A stretch of 64,000 bases of DNA from the human T2T-CHM13v2.0 reference genome, Homo sapiens, in NCBI RefSeq assembly GCF_009914755.1, contig NC_060931.1; one strand, written 5' to 3'. The first letter of the stretch is position 1. Each line of letters begins with the position of its first letter. Positions 36,071 through 55,202 of this stretch are shown piece after piece. Under the pieces are notes generated by a model. That model was not told the DNA's origin and made no database searches. It was given only the letters and a program-made list of their open reading frames with translations. Both the position numbers and the translations under genes were made by a program.

Positions 36071-37154
36071 CCCCATGGCAGGCAGCACGTGATCTCGGTG
36101 GTGAGCCAGGAGGCTCACGGTATGAGACGAAGGAGCCAAGGTGGCGGGGCGAGGCTCCGTAAGGCCTCTGGCCCCTGGCACGGGGTTGGCTGTGTTCAGG
36201 GTGCAGCTGGCAGCTGCTGTGGGGTTTGCAGGGGCCTGGATGTGGGCACAGGGAAGAGAGGATGATCCTCAGAGCTTCCAGGGGGTCTGTGGGGGGCAGG
36301 GCCTCTCACACTTCATTGAGAGGAAAATGGAGAAACCAGAACTCCTGGGGCCTTTGGGAAAATGGAGCAGTGATGGAGGAAGAAGGGGAGATGCCGCGGG
36401 AGGCCATGGGACGTATGGAGGGGATCGAGTGTGGGTCGTGACAGTCCCCGGCTCACGGGTGGGATCCCAGGCTCAGCTGGGCAGAAGGGCCAGCAGGAGG
36501 GTTAAGTGTATCCTGAGGCCCGTGGCTGGATAGGATGTCACACTGAGTTTTTAAATTACACTTTTCAAAAACATAAAAGTATTTACCAACCTTGAGGGGC
36601 TGCACCTGCTGAGTTCTGATGCCTCCTTGCGGGGGTCATTAAGGAGATGGAGGCTGGTGCAGAGGCCAGTGCGGGGCATGCGCTGTGTGACCCTGAGCCA
36701 GCCCCTGCTCCCTCTGGGCCGCCCTTCTGTATCAATTACGAGGTCTCCAGGCCTCCGGCGCATCTTCGTGCCTGTAATTTTCCCCAAAATCTGAGAGAAG
36801 CTTCCCACCCACGATTGCCTTCCAGGCCTGCTCTCTGGTGTAAACACGGCCTCAGCTGAAAGGTTGAACTAATGATGAAGCTTCTCTGGATTCATTATGT
36901 TCGCCGGGTTTCTCTCCCCTGTGGGAGCTGTGATGTCAGATAAGCAGCTTTTGGAAAGTGGGTAGCCGGGCTGCTGGCCTTCTGCAGGACTGGCCAGGGC
37001 AGGCTCAGTGGGTGTCGGCTGCAGAGGGAAGATGTGTCAGAGGGAGGCAGCAGGTGCACAGGTGTGTGGACAAATATGTGGACAGACGTGTGCACAGGGG
37101 TGTGGACAGGTGTGTGTGTGTGGACAGGCATGTGCACAGGTGTGTGTGGACAGG

Positions 37155-37550
37155 TGTATTAGTTTGTTCTCATGCTGCTGATAAAGACATACCCAATACT
37201 GGGTCATTTATAAAGGAAAGAAGTTTAACTGGCTCACAGTTCAGCATGGCTGGGGAGGCCTCAGAAAACTACAGTCATGGCGGAAGGGGAAGCAAACACG
37301 TCCTTCTTCACATGGCAGCAGCAAGGAGAAGTGCAGAAGTGCAGCGTGAAGCAGGGAAAACTATCAGACTATCAGATCACTTGAGAACTCACTCACTATC
37401 ACGAGAACAGCATGCAGGTAATCGCCCCCATGATTCAATTACCTCCCACTGGGTCCCTCCCATGGTACGTAGGGATTATGGGAACTACAGCTCAAACTGA
37501 GATTTGGGTGGGGAACTACAGCTCAAAATGAGATTTGGGTGGGGACACAG
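37155..37550. mobile_element. THE1D/MST-type MaLR LTR with an internal 31-bp tandem duplication (37480-37544)
   Basis: tgtattagtttgttctcatgctgctgataaagacataccc ... gagatttgggtggggacacag. Sits within a GT-rich repeat (37052-37154 and 37556-37590). Confidence 0.8.
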
Positions 37551-39991
37551 TGAATAGACATGTGTGTGCACAGGTGTGTGGACGGGGTGTGCAGCCTTCA
37601 GAGACTCAGAAGGCCAGTGGTGCGCAGGCCCCCGGGGGCGTGACTGGGCCAGGTTGGAGCCCTCCAGGCTGAGCCTGACCTGGCAGGTGTGCAGGGGGTG
37701 GGCTGCCCTGCCAGGCGGGTCAGACTTCTGGTTGGCAGCAAGACAGGAGTGTCCTGGGCTGAGTGGAATTCCCAGGCCAAGGGTCTTGCACAGGAGAAAG
37801 GGTGGGGGGTGGGGCTGTGCTGATGCAGAACCCCAGAGAGGGGCTCTGGTGGACACCACCCCACCTGTGATGGCCACAGTTTGTGGTGGGAGCAAGGTCT
37901 GTGGGGTTCCATGGGTGGGCGGGGTGGTGGGAGGCAGCATCTGTGGGCGTGGGCTTCTGAAAATGCTGATCAGGCGGGTAGGAGGGGTGGCTGTTGTGAG
38001 GCCCAGCCCATCCCTGGAGCGACAGTGGGAGGGTTTTGGAGAACCAGACTTGGTGGGGAGGTCACTCTGGAACTGGGATTCAGAGGCTCAGCTGCGGTGG
38101 TGCTTGAGGCTGTGTGGGGTCCGAGGAGAGGTGGCTCCCAGCAGGCGAGGCCTCGAAGGGGCTGTGCAGCCATGCGGAAGTCACTTGGCCTCTCTGGGCT
38201 GTGTCCTTGTCAACGACTTCAGCTCCCATTTAGCTTCCCCAGGGCCAGGCCCGGGTGACAACACCCCAGATGTGTGGGACTTGTGACCAGTGTGGACCCG
38301 AGAGAACTGGGAGGAGGTACAGGAGCGGGGAGCCCGGTCCTGGTGGCTGGGACTATCAGCAGGGAGTTATGGGGCAGGAACAGGGAGAAGCCAGAGCTTC
38401 CCGCACCTTCGGGGCTGTGGTCCGAGGGGCTGGGTGCTGGGACGCCTGTGACTGGGGAGAACAGGGCCTGGCAGGGCCTCCTGGTGAGGCGGGGGAGAGT
38501 GGAGGCCCTGGGCGATGCCCGCCTGTTTGCGACATGAGGGTCTCTGGCAGGAAGCCAGGAAGACAAGCCCCTCAGGGTCCTGGGTGTTCAGGGTGTTTGG
38601 AAGCCCAGAGAGCTCAAATGGAGGACAGAATCCCCCTGAATGCTGGCGGAGAAGGTCGAAGAGGCCGCAGCTGGGGACATTGTGACCAGAGTGGATGGCC
38701 TTGAGCGAGGGCAGCAGGAGCCGTCCCCGTGCATAGGGCAGCGGGGTGGCCGCCGAGTCCTCCGTGGCTCACGTCCCCGCAGAACCTGATCTGCTCGTGA
38801 GCTTGGCAAGCATCTCCTGGATTTTTAATTTGTGGGAGAAGCGACCTTTTATATTTCAGATCACATGAAGTTAATTTGCACTCCAAGTTCAAGAGAGCTC
38901 CTCAAAAGGTACAAATGTGATTTCTTAACAGCTGTTACTGTCGGGCGCAACATGACAGAAATGATGAGAAGCAAGAGTTCATTTTTAGACAGAGAGGACT
39001 GCACGCTCTCTCCCTAGAGCCAGCCCAGGATGGCAGCAATCAGAGAAGAACCCGAGGGAGCCTGAAGGCCAAACACTCACCTTGTGCGATGTCCCTGACC
39101 CATAGCTGTCCTGTCTCTGTTTGAATACCTCCAGTGACAGAGAGCTCACTACCTCTAGGAGTGGCAAAGTCTAATGTTGGTTGGGTTTGGTCAAATCTGC
39201 TTTTGCTGATTCTGTTCTGCCCTCTGAAGACACACAAAATAATGCCCGTTCCTTGTCCTCAAGGAAGTGGCTCTCTCATCTGCTGCTGACCACCTCTGAT
39301 TCCTTAAGCACGCATATGTGTGCTGATGTCTGGGTCCAGCCCACCTTGGTCCCTGGGAATGGTCTGGTTTTCCAGTGTCTCTAAAGTGGAGGCCTTGGGA
39401 CCAACACCATGTTCCTTTTCCTGGTGGACCAGCCAAGATTCCTATCACTTTTCCACTTCTGGGTGCTGTACCCAGCAAGGCGGGGAAGGTCACGTTCATG
39501 CAGAGCTTCTGAGGTACCTGTCATCCGCCTGGGTGTCGGGGAGCAGGCTCTGTTTGTGGGGTGCTGTGGCCAGCGCTGTGGGGGATAGGGCAGGAGAAGC
39601 AGCCCGCAGGAGGTTAAATCCGGTGGGTGCAATGGAGTTGACGGTGTTGGGAGCTGGCGGTTTTAGGATGAACCTGCCAGTCCAGGGTGGGGCTCAGCTG
39701 CTACCCAGGGGAAACTTGCCCCGTACACCAGGGCTGAAGCTGAAACAGTCAGATCCTCTTTCTCAGTTATTTGGGGGAATTGGGGACAGTGGGTTTGTCC
39801 CTGCTGGTGGCCATGGGGTAGCTTTATTTCCCACCGGATGTGGGAAATCTAAAGTCTGGTTTTCAGAGAAAGGAGAGAAGGGGCCGGGTGTGGTGGCTCA
39901 CACCTGTAATCCCACCACTTTGGGAGGCTGAGGCGGGCAGATCACCTGAGGTCAGCAGTTTGAGACCAGCCTAGCCAATATAGTGAAATCA

Positions 39992-40280
<289 letters not shown>

Positions 40281-41179
40281 TCACAGGCATGAGTTGCCAC
40301 ACCCGGTCTCCTCATTTGACAGAGCAAGACAGAGGGAGACTCCATCTTAAAAAAAAAAATAAAAAAAGTGGAGAAGGAGAGAAGGGGTCAGGGAGGCAGC
40401 CAGGAGGGAAGAGTGAAGTAAGAAGCAGATGAAGAGAAGCAGGGTGGGCACACACCCAGAGCCCCCCTGTGTCACCCGCCTGCTACCAGACCCAGGAGGG
40501 TCCCGTCGGGGTGGGGGTCCTGGGACTTAACTCCTCCTCCAGCCTCAGCCCTCCCGGTGCCAAGATTCTTCAACGTCCTCGGGATGCACCTCCGCACTGT
40601 GGGGCCATCTGGGTCAGCCCGGACGCACCGGCCTCTGTCTGGGTCCCAGTCTTCTCACCGCCAGGCGGGCAGGTCAGCAGACCAGGCAGGACCGAGCCCG
40701 TCGCCCGGGGCTCTTGTTGTCTGTGCCATTTCGGTGCCTTTTGTCCTTGCTTCCCGCCGCTCCTTGAGGATGTTTACCGGCTGCTGGGGCCGTGCCTTCC
40801 AGGTGAGGCCTCGGTCATTCCAGGTGCAGCCTCGGATCAGGGATGACGGCCCAGGCTGAAGTATCATGATGAAGAGCTTGGACCGAGGGCAGTTAAGGTG
40901 TGTGAGTATTCAGATCCCCCACGTGCCCTTCTCTGGAAGGTGCCAGCGACCTGTCCTCTCTGGGCCTCTGTCTTCTCCTCTGTGGAATGGGAATGATGGC
41001 GTCCGCACCTCATAGGGCTGCTGGAAAATGGGTCTGGGTCTCGGCTGGAATTTCAGCCAGCGCCTAGGACCGGAGGCCCTGGTTCCTGTCCACGTGGCCT
41101 GGGACCCCCGCGGCCCCGCACCTGGGCTCCGGGGGCAAGTGTGTTCGCTTTGAGGACCCAGCCTTGGAGGTCAGATGGC

Positions 41180-42010
<831 letters not shown>

Positions 42011-43304
42011 CTGGTGCGATGTCTCTTTGGTCTTACTCTCTCCATCGAGACCCTCTCGAAGGCCTGTCTGGGTTGAGGAGGGGGCGTGGAAGATCCTGCC
42101 TCCTGGTGGGGAAGGTGTTGGGAGAGTGGTGGTACAGGGGGCGTTGTGGCAGTGGTTTGTGGGCCCCGCCTGCCACACAGCCCCCATAGAGACTGAGAGT
42201 CCCCCAGCAGGTCTGAGGAGAGGGTGAGCTCTTGGGTGGGATTCAGGCCGGGAGAGGGGTGGGGAGCAGGGCTGGGGGCTTTAGGCAGGCCCAGGTCCTC
42301 AGGACACAGGCAAGGGAGGCCAGAGAGGCAGCTGGGTCTCTGCGGTGGGCCGAGGAGTTCAGGAAGCCCGGCCTGGGCTGGAGAGAGTCCCAGGCTTGAC
42401 CGGGGCCATTTCTGTAACACTTCAGGGCAGGTGCACGGGGCTCAGAACCCCAGATTGCAAAAATGCAGCCCGGGAGGCTACCAGGAGGCTCCCGCCGCTC
42501 AGAGACGGAAGACGGCCCCCGTCACGGCTGCAGCAGGTGCTGCCAGGGACGCTGCTCGGAGCTCCAGGCTGCAGGGACAGGGCCACCCCGGGCCGCCCGC
42601 TCGCCCGGCCTGATGTCTCCCACCCGGCACTTTGATCCTCTGAAAGCCTGTAGACCGCGGGCTCTATAACCTCAAGATTTGTGTGCCGGGTGGGTCTGGA
42701 GGTCCCGCGTCTCAGCGGATTTTATTCCTCTCATTATTTTGCTTAACGGGCTGTTACTGCTGTGTCAGACAGCATGGAGCGAAAAATCACACTTTTTGGG
42801 AGATGTTGTTCAAGAGAGAGACTGGAAAAGCATGACTTAGTGGCGAAGGCTGCAGTGCTGAGCTACCACCTCCCGGAGCAGAGCCGAGGCCCTGAGGTGG
42901 GTGAGAGGGAGGTCCAGGCCCAGGGGCCAGGGGGAGCCCACAGCCACTCCTGGGGGGCTCCTCTGGAAGCCCTCCTGGGCAGGCAGGTCTCAGGGTCCCA
43001 GTCCAAGCCAGCGCTCAGCTTCAAGACTGGAAAAAACTGAACTTCTCCTTTCTCTTTTCTGTTTCTGCTTCTCCCAAGTCCCTCAGATCCCCTCATTCAT
43101 TCATTCATTCATTCATTCATTCATTCATTCATTCATCCTTCCATGAATGAAAGGTCTCTTCAGTGTCAGAGGACACAGAAATGAATGAGAAAAAAAATCT
43201 CTCTTTTCCTGGGGCCAATAGATGTGGACTTTGCCCTCGAGTACTGCTCTTTAATTCCCTTTCTTTTATCTTTAAAATAAACTCCTTTAAAAACAGGCAG
43301 TTCA

Positions 43305-44450
<1,146 letters not shown>

Positions 44451-45077
44451 CCTAGGTAGATTGTTAAAAGTATCCGTTATTTTCTGTAGAATATTTAAAA
44501 TAGTGCCTGAGACATGCTGGATGTTCAATAAATGTTAGCTATTAAAAATAATACATTCCTTTTAAGCACCTGCAGCCCTGCCTCCTCCAGGAAGCCACGG
44601 GGCCCTGACAGGAAAGGCCTCTGCGGGGGCTTCCTCAAGACCCCTGCCACCCCCGGTCGGCCACAGCCACTCTCTCCTGCCTTATTTCTGTTTAACTCTG
44701 AGTTTCAGGCAGATATCTCTGTCCATGGCTTTGTTTTGTTTTGTTTTTCTGGGGAGAGGGTCTCACTCTGTTGCCCAGGCTGGAGCGTAGTGGTGGGATC
44801 ACAGCTCACTGCAGCCTTGAACTTCTGGGCTCAAGTGTCTTCCCGCCTCAGCCTCCAGAGTAGCTGGGACCACAGGTACCCACCACCCCCATGCCCAGCC
44901 CTGATTTTAATAGTCACCCTGGAGGGTGACCCTTTCTCTTTTCTGTTTCTGCTTCTCCCAAGTTCCTCAGATCCCCTAATTCATTAATTCATTCATTCTT
45001 TCATTTATCCATCCATGAAAGCTCTCTTCAGTGTCAGAGGATACAGAAATGAATCAGTGTCAGAGGATGCAGCAGCG

Positions 45078-45810
45078 GCCTCCTCCTCTTCTCCCCTTCC
45101 CTTCTCCTCCCACTCTTCCCCCCCTCCTCCCACTCCTCCTCCCCTTCCCCCTCTTCTTCCCCCTCCCTCCTCCCCTCCCCTTCCCCCTCTTCTTCCCCCT
45201 CCCTCCTCCCCTCCCCTTCCCCCTCCTCCTCCTCTTCTTCCCCCTCTTTCCTCCTCTCCCCGTCCCTCCTTCCTCCTCTCCCTGTCCCTCCTCCCCCTCT
45301 TCTTCCCCCTCCCTCCTCCCCTCCCACTCCCTCTCGTCCTCCTCTTCTTCCCCTTCCCTCCTCCCCTCCTCCTCCTCCTCTTCTCCCTCTCCCTCCTCCC
45401 CCTGTTCTTCCCCCTCCCTCCCCCTCCTCCTACCCCTCCTCCTCCTCCTCTTCGTGCCGGGCACCTTCTGGTTCCCTGCCTCTTTGGAGGTCGCCCCCTT
45501 CTTGTCCTCCCTCCACTCACTTATCTGTGACCCCCAAGCTCCCCTGTTGCCCCCCGCCCCTCTAATACAGGTGAGGTCAGCAGCCAGACTCTCCCTCCTC
45601 TTTCCTCTTTCTCTCCTCTCTCTCTTTCCTCTCTCTCTCTCTCCCCCACCCCATCTTTCCTCTCTCTCCCCGCTCTCTCTCTCCTCTCTCTTCTCTCTCC
45701 CCTCTCCTTTCTCTCTCTCCTCTCTTTCTCTCGTTTCTCTTTCTTCTTTCTCTTTCTTTCTTCTGTGTGTGTGTCTCTCTCTCCGCCCCCGTCACACACA
45801 CACACACGCA
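45078..45810. repeat. C/T-only tracts (45078-45452 and ~45590-45762) followed by (GT)n/(CA)n
   Basis: Directly visible. Confidence 0.93.
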
Positions 45811-46674
45811 CATATACACTGTTGTTTGCTCCCTGCCACAGGTAACGTGGGTGACAGGCATAAATGGTGGTGTTCAGCCCCTTGCAGCTGGAACTGGAAT
45901 GGGCTCCCGGGCCCCCGGCTGGGGCTGCCCCCATAAAGCATGTTGATTTCTGATCCGGAGGACAGAATGGCAAATCCATTGACCAAAATTTGCAGTTAAC
46001 ATTAAACCGACAGAACGGCTAATAATTCAGATGATATTAAAACTATCCAACTTTGTCTGAGTAAATTAGAAGAATAAAATGAGATTTATTAAGGTCAAAG
46101 TCAGCGCAATCTCACAAAAGAGAAGGAATCAGAAATAGAAAAGGAGGAAATTTGGAACAATGGCGGCATAGAGACAGCTGGGTGGTCACCCCTGATGATA
46201 AATTAAATCTTAATCATGATAACAAGGCCTCCAGTTGCACCTGGGGAGCTCAAAGCATCTCATAGCTTCCGCTGAGACATCCTGTCTCAGGGACTCCAGG
46301 CAACAGTGTGGGGGCGGGGGGCTCTTGGCCTTGTGTGGCCGCTGGTGGTGCTGGCCAGGGCCTGAGCTGGGCTGGGGCTGGGCAAGGGTTGGGCTGGGCA
46401 GGGGTTGGGCAGGGTTTGGACTGGGTCTGGGCGGGGCCTGGAGGAGCTCAACGATTTGCTCAAGGCCGCAGAGCCAGGAAGTGGCAGAACCAAGGCTTGG
46501 ACCTGGAGCTGCTGAATTCTGGAGCCCCGAATTCTTCCAACTGTTCAGCAACTTTCTGTGAGCCCCTGTGTGTGCGAGGCGTGGAGGGTGCCACGATCAA
46601 GGCGGTTCCTTCCCCCAAGAGGTGTAGCCCAGGGGAGAGATCGAGAAGTCAGCATGCATTTATCCTGCAGCGAT

Positions 46675-46924
46675 GAGTCCTCCCACAGGCGATCCGTGTG
46701 GCTCTGGGGGTGCAGAGTCCTACCACAGGCGATCCCGGGGGCTCCGGGGGTGCAGAGTCCTCCCACGGGGGATCCTGGGGGCCCCGGGGGTGCAGAGTCC
46801 TCCCATGGGGGATCCCGGGGGCTCCAGAGGTGCAGAGTCCTCCCACGGGGGATCCAGGGGGCTCTGGGGGTGCAGAGTCCTCCCACGGGGGATCCAGGGG
46901 TCTCTGGGGGTGCATGGGAGTCCT
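46675..46924. repeat. 40-bp G-rich VNTR, ~6 copies (gagtcctcccacgggggatccagggggctctggggggtgca-like)
   Basis: Exact 40-bp period, e.g. 46741-46780 vs 46781-46820. Confidence 0.95.
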
Positions 46925-47869
46925 CATAATCTCCCCATCCTGGGGGCCCAGGGCAGGCTGGACAGGAGTGGCCAGGAGGGAGCTGGGCCTCGCAGGTGTG
47001 ATGTGGTGGAAATGTTCCCGGCTGATGGAGCAGCATGTTCAAAGGCCAGCACCCCTGGGGAGCTGCAGGTCTTTCCGTCCAACAGGAACCTGTGTTCAGC
47101 TCGAGGGGGACAGTGGGCACCAATGCGACTGGAGAGCTGGAGACAGATGGGGCTTGGAAGTCACGCCAAGGGATCTGGATCTCACCTTGTGGGCACTGGG
47201 GAGCCTTGGAGAGGGGGATTACAGGCAGGGCCAGAGGGCAGACTTGGCCTTTAGACGATCTCAGTGACCACCCAATTCAGGGGCTGGATTGAAGGGGTTA
47301 ATTCCTGCAGCGGGGAGGCTGATGTTTAGAGCATGTCCCTCAGGGCTTGTAGATGAGCGGAAAGAGCCCAACTCCAATAAGATGAAGTAAATAGCAGGGA
47401 ATTTAGCGGCTCACAGAACTGGGAAACGCAGGCCTTCAGGTTTGGCTGGTCAAGGGTACCACTGAGATCTCCTCTCTGGGTCCCTCTCTTTCTGGGGATG
47501 GATTTCCTCCTTGCTGCTGGGGACAGTGGCCACCAGATGTTCTAAACGCCCATCCTCCCAGCATTGTGACCCAAAGGGTGACAGCAATCATTCTGTCTGG
47601 GAGAGAAGTTCCAGGAAAGACCGAGTCATGTGCCCGAGCTGCTCGGCATGGCCCGGGGGTCAGCTGGTCTCGTGCTGGGGAGGGGTCGGCTCCATGACTG
47701 GCAGCTCGGCTCTGGCCACAGTGCACCAGGGATGCTGGGGCAGGTGATGGGCTGGCGTGCTTTGTGCAGCCACTGGTCCAGGCAGTGCATCGGGGATAGG
47801 CTTGGGCCTGCATAGGGGGCAGTGGGGAGACAGCTTGGTGAAGAACTTCCAGAGACATCTAGAAGGTCA

Positions 47870-48199
<330 letters not shown>

Positions 48200-49907
48200 T
48201 CAAAACAAAAAAAATAAAAGGAAAGAAAGAAAGAAAAAAAAGAAATGATTTCCAGGGTTCTGCTTTGATCAGCTGGTTAGGCAGTTGGTGTCATTCGCTG
48301 TGGTAGGAGACTGAGTAAGGGGAGCGGTTCCTGCAGGGCGTCTGGAGGTGCTGGCCTCCAAAGAGAGACATTTAGGGACCATCCATGGGGGTGGTTATTC
48401 GAGGTAAGGTCACAGGTGAGCTCCCCTAGGGAGGGGGAGTGAGTGAGAGGGCAAGAGAGCCTCAAAGTGAACCTCTAGGAGCCCCACAGTTGCGGGCTGG
48501 CTCAATCGGGGCTGAGAGAGAAGTCAAGGAGGCAGGAGGAGAAGCGGGGGGCTGGGGAGCTCCGGGAAGAGAGCTTCAAGGGGGAGAAGGTGGGCACCTG
48601 TGTCTCAGGTGCCACAGCGCAGCAGGCTTGGCTGGACCTTGGCTGAGTCTGCAGCCTGGCACTGTCTGCCTTCCCCGGCTCCCAGCATGACTTGCAGCTC
48701 CTCTTCCCACCACGCCGGCCTGGCACTGGGTCTCCCTTGTGGACCCCACGCACTGGGCTGTCACTGGACTCAGGTTGTCCTGGCTGGTCGTACAGAGCTT
48801 GCTGTGCCCAGCCTGGACACCCCCGGAGGTGGCGAGCAGCGGGCATCAGACCTCTCCCGCACCCTTTCGTCTTCCCATGAGTCTGACCACACAGTGCGGG
48901 CTGCCCACTCGTGAGCCCCCGGGGGAAGGGCTAACGTTATCTGCATTTTGCACGTGGGGAAAATGAGGCTGAGAAAGGGGTCAGGAGCTGAGGATGGAAA
49001 GAGCTAAGATGGGTCTCCAGGAAAGCAGGTTCCCATGCACCGGTCAGCACCCCCCTCCTGCTTCCTGCACCATTCATGAGACCCCTCCATAGGGCTGAGG
49101 CCCACCCAGCGAGGGAAACGCCGATGATGAGGGAGGGAGGGACCTCTCAGCGCCCAAGAATGTGACCAGCCTCCCAGGGCGGGGTATCTGCATGGGGACA
49201 GGCCTGGGGCCCCCCTGCAGGCCAGACAGAAGGAGCCACTGAGGGCCCAGCTGGCAGACCGCAGCCTGGGGGGTGGGGGCAGCGGGGCGGCGGGGGCAAT
49301 GGCTCTGAGGGTGGGCGAGGACCAAGTGCCGCCAAGGAGCGATAATGATGGCTTGAGTCAAAGCCGCCCCGCGTCTCGCCCGCGCTGGCATCTCCAGCAG
49401 CACCGTGCCAATTAAAGATGAGTTGAGCATATCATTAGTTTCCCAATCGTCAAGAATCTCATTAGGGGAGTCTTAGATCCACCTGAGCAGCTCTGCCGAT
49501 TGTCCACACTGGAGCTGCCGAGCTGGGGGCAGGGGGAGTTGCTGCGTGTTGATGAGTCGTAGCGGGGTTTTGCCAGGCAGGGCGCTGGATTGAACCGGCC
49601 CAGCAGTGCCCAGGGCCTAGGTCTCCTGGCTGACTGGTCAGTGGTCCTCAGCCTGTGTCTCCCTCCTCCAGTGGGGTGATGGGCTAGACTGGTCAGAAAT
49701 CTACTGGGCGTCAGTTCGGATGCCACATTTCGACCAGACTTGGCTCAGGGGCCATCTCGTCTACCCCATCATTTTATAATGGGAGAAACAGAGGCCCACA
49801 GAGGTGGGGGAGCCCCTGGGATACACAGGGGCTGGAAGAGACCCATAGAGCTTGGTCTAATCCAACCCTAAAGCAGATCAGACTCCCATCTCTGTTGTCT
49901 CAGCTGA

Positions 49908-52315
<2,408 letters not shown>

Positions 52316-52705
52316 TAAAATAAATCAGGGAAGAAGAGGGGGAGCAATGAAAATACACCACGCTTGTGGCAAATTCACCGTCCATCGCTGGGTCCGTTTG
52401 CTCTCGGATCCACTTCCTCATAGCTGTTGGGTGCCTATTGTCCTAGAATCATGTAGAATCTAGATTATAGCTCCCTTTAACTACTCTACAGATAACAACT
52501 TGAACATCACCAAATGTTTTCACTTTGAGATATTCCTTCAGGTCTGCCCACCAATGAAACAACTGATGCCAGCTGACCCGAAGGACCCCACAAGGAACTG
52601 ACTCACGAAAGAATGCCGTTTCTACACTCCTCTCACCCCAACCCATCAATGACCCCAGTTACCCAGCCCCTCACCCTCCATGATCCCCTTAAAAACCCCA
52701 GTTCA

Positions 52706-53239
<534 letters not shown>

Positions 53240-54515
53240 TTATCCAAAGAAACCTGTAACTTCTTACCTTTGATTTTCTAAAGAACAACTACCCATATTT
53301 AAAGCTCAGAACCCAGATGCAAAAAATACAGAACTAATTAGAAGAATCGCTGAGCATTGGACGGAACTTCCCAATTCAGAGAAAAAAAATATATGAAGAT
53401 GCTTATAGGGTGGACTGGCAGGCATACAAAGAAGAGATAAGCAGAATTCAAGAACAGCTAACTCCAAGTCAGATTATGTCTTTGGAAAAAGAAATCATGC
53501 AGGAACATTTAAAAAGGAAAGCTTTAATAAAAAAGAGAGTTAACACTGCTTGGAAAACCAAAATGATCTCGTTCAGCTTATAACATTTATGTAGCTGAAA
53601 GCTTCCAAGAAGCTAAGGATGGTTCACCGCAGGCAAAGCTGAAGACTGTAAATGAAAACTGGAAAAATCTGTCTGGTTCTCAAAAGAAAGTATATATTCA
53701 ACTTGCTAAAGATGATAAAATTCATTATTATAATGAAATGAAGTCTTGGGAAGAACAAATGATTGAAGTTGGACGAAAGGATTTTCTACGTCGCAAAATA
53801 AAGCAACCACCTTTAAAAGATGGCACTGAGAAGTGTTAGAAGTTCACAATGGATAGGCACAAGAAACCAGCTGGGTCTCAACGCCTGAAGCTATCGTAAA
53901 ATTAGAAAGGATAAAGTCGGTAAACCTTTTATATTCAATTTCTTTTTCTTCAGGTCATGGACTTCTGCCAGTGTAATACTTGCTTTGGAAAACCCAGATA
54001 AAGGTTTATGCAAAATGTATTTTGTGTTTAGGAACTACTGAGGATCAGAGTAATCCATGCAAATGTGAATCATTTTACCTTTGATAAAGGTAAATCAGAC
54101 TATGAGGTTTTTTTTTACACAGGATCATGACTATGGAAAGAGTATTCTTGTTGCCCTATATTATGGAAGCAGGAGTTTCCTTTTCAAAATTGTTACAAAT
54201 TGTAGAAGCCACAGTGTTCTGTGATACAATTGTGCATTTTTCAAAAAGCAGCCAGAATTCGTCTAGGTAAATTCCAGTTCCTAGGTATAATTAATATTAT
54301 ATTCAGAGTTGATGGTTATACACATAAGTGATGGCTGGTTTTAGTTGCAACTTTTTATAAAAGGGACTGAGAAATTTATAAACCTTTTTCTCACTTTTTT
54401 TCTAAAGTAAAAACTAATAAATTATGTACCAGATCTATGCATATTATTTTATGTTGCATAGGATAAACATTTTAATCTTTAACTTTACATTGCCTAATTA
54501 TATATTTTAAGATGA

Positions 54516-54840
<325 letters not shown>

Positions 54841-55030
54841 TGCCTTTCCCTTTTTTTAAGTAAGGAAATATATTTTTTTCTGAATTATTTTCTCTCATGC
54901 GAGTATATTGATCCAGAAAGAAAACTTGCATTGTATATATTTTAAAATGAGAAATCTAAAAAAAAGAGAAGTATCCAAAGTCTCTGGAATTTGAAACACT
55001 TTGCATAACGTATTAAAGCCTGTATAAGAG

Positions 55031-55202
55031 ACAGCCAACTATGGCCTGTGGACCAAATCCAGCCTGCTGCCTGCTTTCTGTGTCCTGTGAGCTAGGAATT
55101 GTGTTTATAATTTTAAATGCTTTGTTTTTAAAGACTTTTATGATACATGAAAATTAACATGAATATTTAGTGTTCATAAATAAAGTTTATTGGAACACAA
55201 CC
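55031..55202. mobile_element. MER58-like hAT DNA transposon fragment at the end of the TFAMP1 3' UTR
   Basis: caactatggcctgtggaccaaatccagcctgctgcctg and cataaataaagtttattggaacaca resemble MER58 consensus motifs. Confidence 0.65.

Noticed and set aside
45005-45936. Proline-rich and Gly/Arg/Glu-rich ORFs
   Set aside because: Polypyrimidine low-complexity tract.
46558-47267. Repetitive ORFs or a CRISPR-like array
   Set aside because: Head-to-tail 40-bp VNTR with no unique spacers, in human DNA with no cas genes.
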